Shown here: in pieces, positions 54,243-64,000 of the stretch | Layout: each line of letters opens with the position of its first letter | Numbering within the stretch: position 1 is the stretch's first letter | Origin: the human T2T-CHM13v2.0 reference genome, Homo sapiens | NCBI RefSeq assembly: GCF_009914755.1 | Contig: NC_060925.1 | Direction: 5' to 3' (one strand) | DNA length: 64,000 nucleotides | The notes under the pieces: generated by a model | Seen by the model: the letters and a program-made list of their open reading frames with translations, nothing else | The model's database searches: none | What the model was told of the DNA's origin: nothing | Made by a program: the position numbers and the translations under genes

Positions 54243-55318
54243 CTAACTGCTTCCTGCTGAATTGGGGCATAGTAGGGGCTGTGCAGTTGAGATTTCCTTG
54301 GGAGGGGTGCCTTCGATGTCATTAACATCGGAGCATGGGCTAGCAGGCCGGTCCAGGGGTCCGCAGTAGATCTTAGTCGTGGACTGCATCTGGAGCTCCA
54401 TTTGAAGAACCATTTGTAGTTGCACAGCTTCGATTCTGGAAGAGACAAACTTAACAAGGAGGTTAAAGACACACGGTCCAAAGAGGAGTAGCAATATTAT
54501 AGCTGCTAGAGGTCCTAAGAAGGGGAGAATCCAGGGCATCCATCGGCTGAGGAGGCCCCAGGTCCAGTGTTTTGAAGCTCCTCTGCTCTACATTGTATTC
54601 GATCTCGAATTTCGTTAACTTTCTCTCGGTGACGATTCCGGATTGATTAACATAATAACAGCATTCTTCCCCTAAAAATAAACAGGTTCCCTCTCTTTTG
54701 GCAGTTAGCAAGTCTAAAGCTCTTTGATTTTGAAGGACTACTGCTGCTAGGGAGTTAAGTTGATCTTGCAAGGTGACCAGGGAATTGGTGACCCGTTCCA
54801 TGTCATCATTTAGTTCTTGAGATAGTTTGTAGTAGAACTGAGTAGAGGTTGTGGTACCACCAATGCCAGTACCTAGTCCGCCTAGCACTCCTGCTCCGAT
54901 AACAAAAGGAAGAATGGGCACTCTTTTGTTGCAGGGCTTAGGTGCAACATGATTGTATAAATCTTGTTCAGTGTAGATGGTCATGGGGGCACTAAGAATG
55001 AGAGGAAGCACATAGATTCTGAAGAGCCATTCAAACGATAGGCTGAGGTACCACAGACAAAAAATATTCCTGAGGATAAGCAGACTATTCCTGTGGGAGG
55101 AGTTACCCACCTTATGCATTGGGAGTTGGTTCTATCTATAGTATTGCTAAATTTTATAGAGATGAGGTTTGAGGTATGGGTTATTTCCAGATTGGAAACA
55201 AGAGGTCCTACTAAAACGGAAGTAGTGTTTATTTTTGTGCTGGAGTTGTTCCATTGTTCAGGTACAGGGATTGAAATGTATGGCCTGAAGTGCAGGGGGA
55301 GGCACATCCAACAGTTAG
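54243..55318 (-). pseudogene. HERV-W env (syncytin-1-like) fragment, frameshifted
   Basis: NKRVPILPFVIGAGVLG fusion peptide, LQNQRALDLLTA immunosuppressive domain, CLFLGEECC, tail PLDRPASP...PNSAGSS. Confidence 0.94.
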
Positions 55319-55985
55319 TAGGGTTTTGGGATGAGGATAAGCCAGTATAGGCTGGATACGTTCCTCACTGAGGGCCCTGGTGCCTTTGGATAATTTTAGC
55401 TGTAAGTATTTAACCTGTTGTGAGCAGAGCTGAGCCTTTGGTTTGGAAACCTGTAGCCACAGGTGGCGAGGAAATTGAAGAGTGCTTGGCTGGCTTGATG
55501 GCACAAGGTTTCTGAACAGGCGGCTAAAAGTAAATCATCCATGAACCGAAGGACAAGAGTGTCCAGGTACGAAAACTGGCTCAAGTCTTGGGCTAATTCT
55601 TGGCCACATAGATGGGGGATATCCCTGAATCCTTGGGGTAAAACAGTCCAGGTGAGTTGAGACGTTGGGTTTGAAGGATCTTCAAAGGCAAACAAGAATT
55701 GAGAGTCAGGATGTACAGGGATGCAGAAAAAGGCATCCTTAAGGTCCAGGACTGTCAACCACTCTGCTTCCTCTGGTATTTGGGAGAGCAGAGTATAACG
55801 ATTAGGGACAGCTGGGTATAGAGGGACAACGGCCTCACTGATAATCCTGAGATCTTGCACTAACCTTCACTGTCCGTTGGGTTTCTGTACTACTAAAATT
55901 GGAGTATTGCAGGGGCTATTGCATGGTTTTACTAGGCCTTGCGATTTTAGGTCCTTAACAATTTTTTGGAGTCCTTGTTGGGCCT
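55319..55985 (-). pseudogene. HERV-W pol (RT) fragment
   Basis: QDLR, VLDLKDAFFCIP, LPQGF; YxDD is altered to FMDD. Confidence 0.93.
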
Positions 55986-57030
55986 AAGCCTACGAATTAT
56001 TCAATGATGTCCATTATAACACAGGGAAAGGAAGAAAATCCTACTGCCTTTCTGGAGAGACTAAGGGAGGCATTGAGGAAGCATATCTCCCTGTCACCTG
56101 ACTCTATTGAAGGCCAACTAATCCTAAAGGATAAGTTTGTCACTCAGTCAGCTGCAGACATTGGGAAAAAAACTTCAAAAGTCCACCTTAGGCCCGGAGC
56201 AAAACTTAGAAACCCTATTGAACTTGGCAACCTTGGTTTTTTATAATAGAGATCAGGAGGAGCAGGCGGAACGGGACAAACGGGATAAAGAAAAGGCCAT
56301 CGCTTTAGTCATGGCCCTCAGGCAAGCAGACTTTGGAGGCTCTGGGAAAGGGAAAAGCTGGGCAAATCAAATGCCTAACAGGGCTTGCTTCCAGCGTGGT
56401 CTACAAGGGCACTTTAAAAAAATTGTCCAAGTAGAAGTAAGCCGCCCCCTCGTCCATGTCCCTTATGTCAAGGGAATCACTGGAAGGCCCACTGCCCTAG
56501 GGGACGAAGGTCCTCTGAGTCAGAAGCCACTAACCAGATGATCCAGCAGCAGGACTGAGGGTGCCCAGGGCAAGCGCCAGCCCATGCCATCACCCTCACA
56601 GAGCCCTGGGTATGCTTGACCATTGAGGGCCAGGAGGTTAACTGTCTCCTGGACACTGGCGTGGCCTTCTCAGTCTTACTCTCCTGTCCCGGACAACTGT
56701 CCTCCAGATCTGTCACTATCCGAGGGGTCCTAGGACAGCCAGTCACTAGATACTTCTCCCAGCCACTAAGTTGTAAATGGAGAACTTTACTCTTTTCACA
56801 TGCTTTTCCAATTATGCCTGAAAGCCCCACTCCCTTGTTAGGGGGAGACATTCTAGCAAAAGCAAGGGCCATTAGACACCTGAACATAGGAGAAGGAACA
56901 CCCATTTGTTTTCCCCTGCTTGAGGAAGGAATTAATCCTGAAGTCTGGGCAACAGAAGGACAATATGGACGAGCAAAGAATGCCCATCCTGTTCAAGTTA
57001 AACTAAAAGATTCCACCTACTTCCCCTACC
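55986..57030 (+). pseudogene. HERV-W gag 3' end plus protease, inverted
   Basis: QGKEENPTAFLERLREAL (major homology region); gag stop TGA at 56556-56558; protease LLDTG. Confidence 0.93.
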
Positions 57031-57582
57031 AAATGGTAAGGAACTTTTACTGCTTAGGGTCCTTTGAGAAAATCAGAAGAAATTTCATAACAGATTATTT
57101 TGAAAACCTTGAAAACAGAGTTGAAGTCCTTATGTTTCCCTTTGCATCCCACCTACTCTCCTTCTTCCTTCCCCATAAGTTCCTGTTGTTTTTATACCTT
57201 GCATAAATAATGTCATTAAAAAAAATCAATAAATGCAAAAATGGTATGTTATACATAATACTGGACAACTTGGTATTGTCACTAACCACTACGTTTTCAA
57301 GATCTAGCATTTCAATTACATTTATCTAATACACAATGTCAAAATACAAATTTCTAATACATTTATTTTCATGACTATATAGTAAGAATATATCAAGTGG
57401 GATAAATTTTAACACTTTATCTTTTCCCAGAATGAGAAATATTTGGATTTATAATGTGTTCTTAGAAAAGCTAGAATTGATTGGAAAACACTTTCAACTT
57501 TTGAAATTAGCATTATGAATAACCCCCCAATAGCCAAACAGGGTAAAGGAGGCCTGGAGTTTTCATCTGATGTTTGGAAAAC

Positions 57583-58036
57583 CATTACCAAAATACCAGG
57601 GGTTCCCTCTAGGTCCTGCTGTGCACCACACAGAAAGCCAACCACTGAGACAATAATTATTGCCAAATGATTATTGCCAAAGAAGAAGGCTTTAATCGGG
57701 TGCTGCAGCCAAGCAGATGGGAGATCAGTCTCAAATCCATCTCCCCAACCAACGAAAATTAGGGACTTACATAGCAGGGAAGAAATGTAACTATGGGTAG
57801 GAAAAGCAGAGGGGTAAGGAAGCACTCATGATGTATGAGAGGCCTGGCATCTCATTGTCTGGATGAGACGATCTGGTGAGTTTCAGTTCTTCAATACTTT
57901 TTGAGAGGCCTGGGGGCCCTTTCCTGAGGAAGGAACTCAGATAAAATAATGCGAAGTTTCCGCTTTAAGACCAGAAGGGTCAATTTCCATGTTTATACAA
58001 AAAAAAACTGTCTATGGGACTATTGGGTCAGTTTCA
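57583..58036 (-). mobile_element. ERV1 (MER4-group, LTR26-like) solo LTR
   Basis: Minus strand begins TGAAACTGACCCAATAGTCCCATAGACAG; ATTAAA signal; near-TSD AAAC/AGAC. Subfamily uncertain. Confidence 0.7.
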
Positions 58037-58249
58037 AGACCCTTAGGTTTGAGCCTTAAGATCTCAAAGGGGGCCTCAAAATTAGATTCTATTTCTGTAT
58101 TTTTTAATGTTCCAATATTTCAACACTATGTATTAGGAAGAAAAGACAATTTCAAAGCAGGTGGTATATTAAAGACTAATTAATGTCATGTGTACTCTCT
58201 CTCTCTCTTTTTTTTTTTTACAAGATAGGATTGAAGAATTTGAAACTGA

Positions 58250-58662
58250 AGGAAATAAAGGGTGGAGGCCCCGCCAGACAGCAGCGAGGGGCAAGGAGGT
58301 AGAAACAATGGCAGGGCTTGGGAAAGTAAGGGGCAGGACCAGGGGAAGAAGGAAGGAGGCTGGTGTTGGGGGGATGAGGGGAAGACTAAAGAGGATGGGG
58401 GGAGTGAGAAGCAGGTGGGTAGGGGCGGGAGGGGAGAAGCAAGGGGGCAAGTGGAAGCAGAAGTAGCAAAAGAGAGGATGGAGGTGGGGGAGAAGCAAGT
58501 GGTAGGAACAAGGAGGATGAAGGGAGGGAGCAGGTGGGAGGAGAAACAGAAAAGCAAGAGAAAGGATGGGGAGGTGGTGAGAAGTGAGGGATGGGACCAA
58601 GGGAAGAGATGCCAGGCCAGGAGGGAAAAGTGAGGGGACAGATGGGGAGAGAGGATAGGAAA
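58250..58662 (+). repeat. GA-rich low-complexity tract
   Basis: About 400 bp, strongly purine-biased, many G3-G6 runs. Confidence 0.85.
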
Positions 58663-58694
58663 ATGTTATATGTACTCTCATATGTACATATCAC

Positions 58695-64000
<5,306 letters not shown>

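Larger units (their letters stand above)
53896..57030 (-). pseudogene. HERV-W (HERV17) processed pseudogene with a 5' inversion
   Basis: Poly(A), LTR17 U3-R lacking U5, env, pol, then inverted gag-pro; TSD AAATGGTAAGGAA at 53883-53895 and 57031-57043. Confidence 0.94.

Noticed and set aside
56616-57206. 196-aa ORF with an intact protease DTG motif
   Set aside because: It starts at TTG and runs through the TSD into unrelated flank. It is a chance chimera with no evident promoter, and the GRD motif is altered to GGD.
58169-58694. Pro/Leu-rich and Gly/Glu-rich ORFs
   Set aside because: By-product of the GA-rich low-complexity tract.

Overview
Primate (most likely human) genomic DNA holding the 5' end of LPGAT1 on the minus strand. 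It has a CpG-island promoter (~28.2-29.1 kb), two candidate first-exon splice donors and the first coding exon (27184-27448); positions 1-27183 are intronic. The rest is dense interspersed repeat: about 40 Alus, L1/L2/MIR fragments, solo LTRs, a full-length Tigger1, a full-length Hsmar2, a Y1 RNA pseudogene and a rearranged HERV-W processed pseudogene. I see no evidence of a new multi-gene system. The best leads are: (1) first-exon choice switching LPGAT1 between a spliced uORF ending 2 nt before the main AUG and an in-frame 33-aa N-terminal extension; (2) an L1-mobilised HERV-W copy with a twin-priming inversion and two microhomology deletions; (3) a perfect 67-bp templated inverted insertion inside Tigger1; (4) an L1PA 3' transduction. 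Repeat family names come from recalled consensus sequences, and repeat boundaries are approximate unless a target-site duplication (TSD) is quoted.
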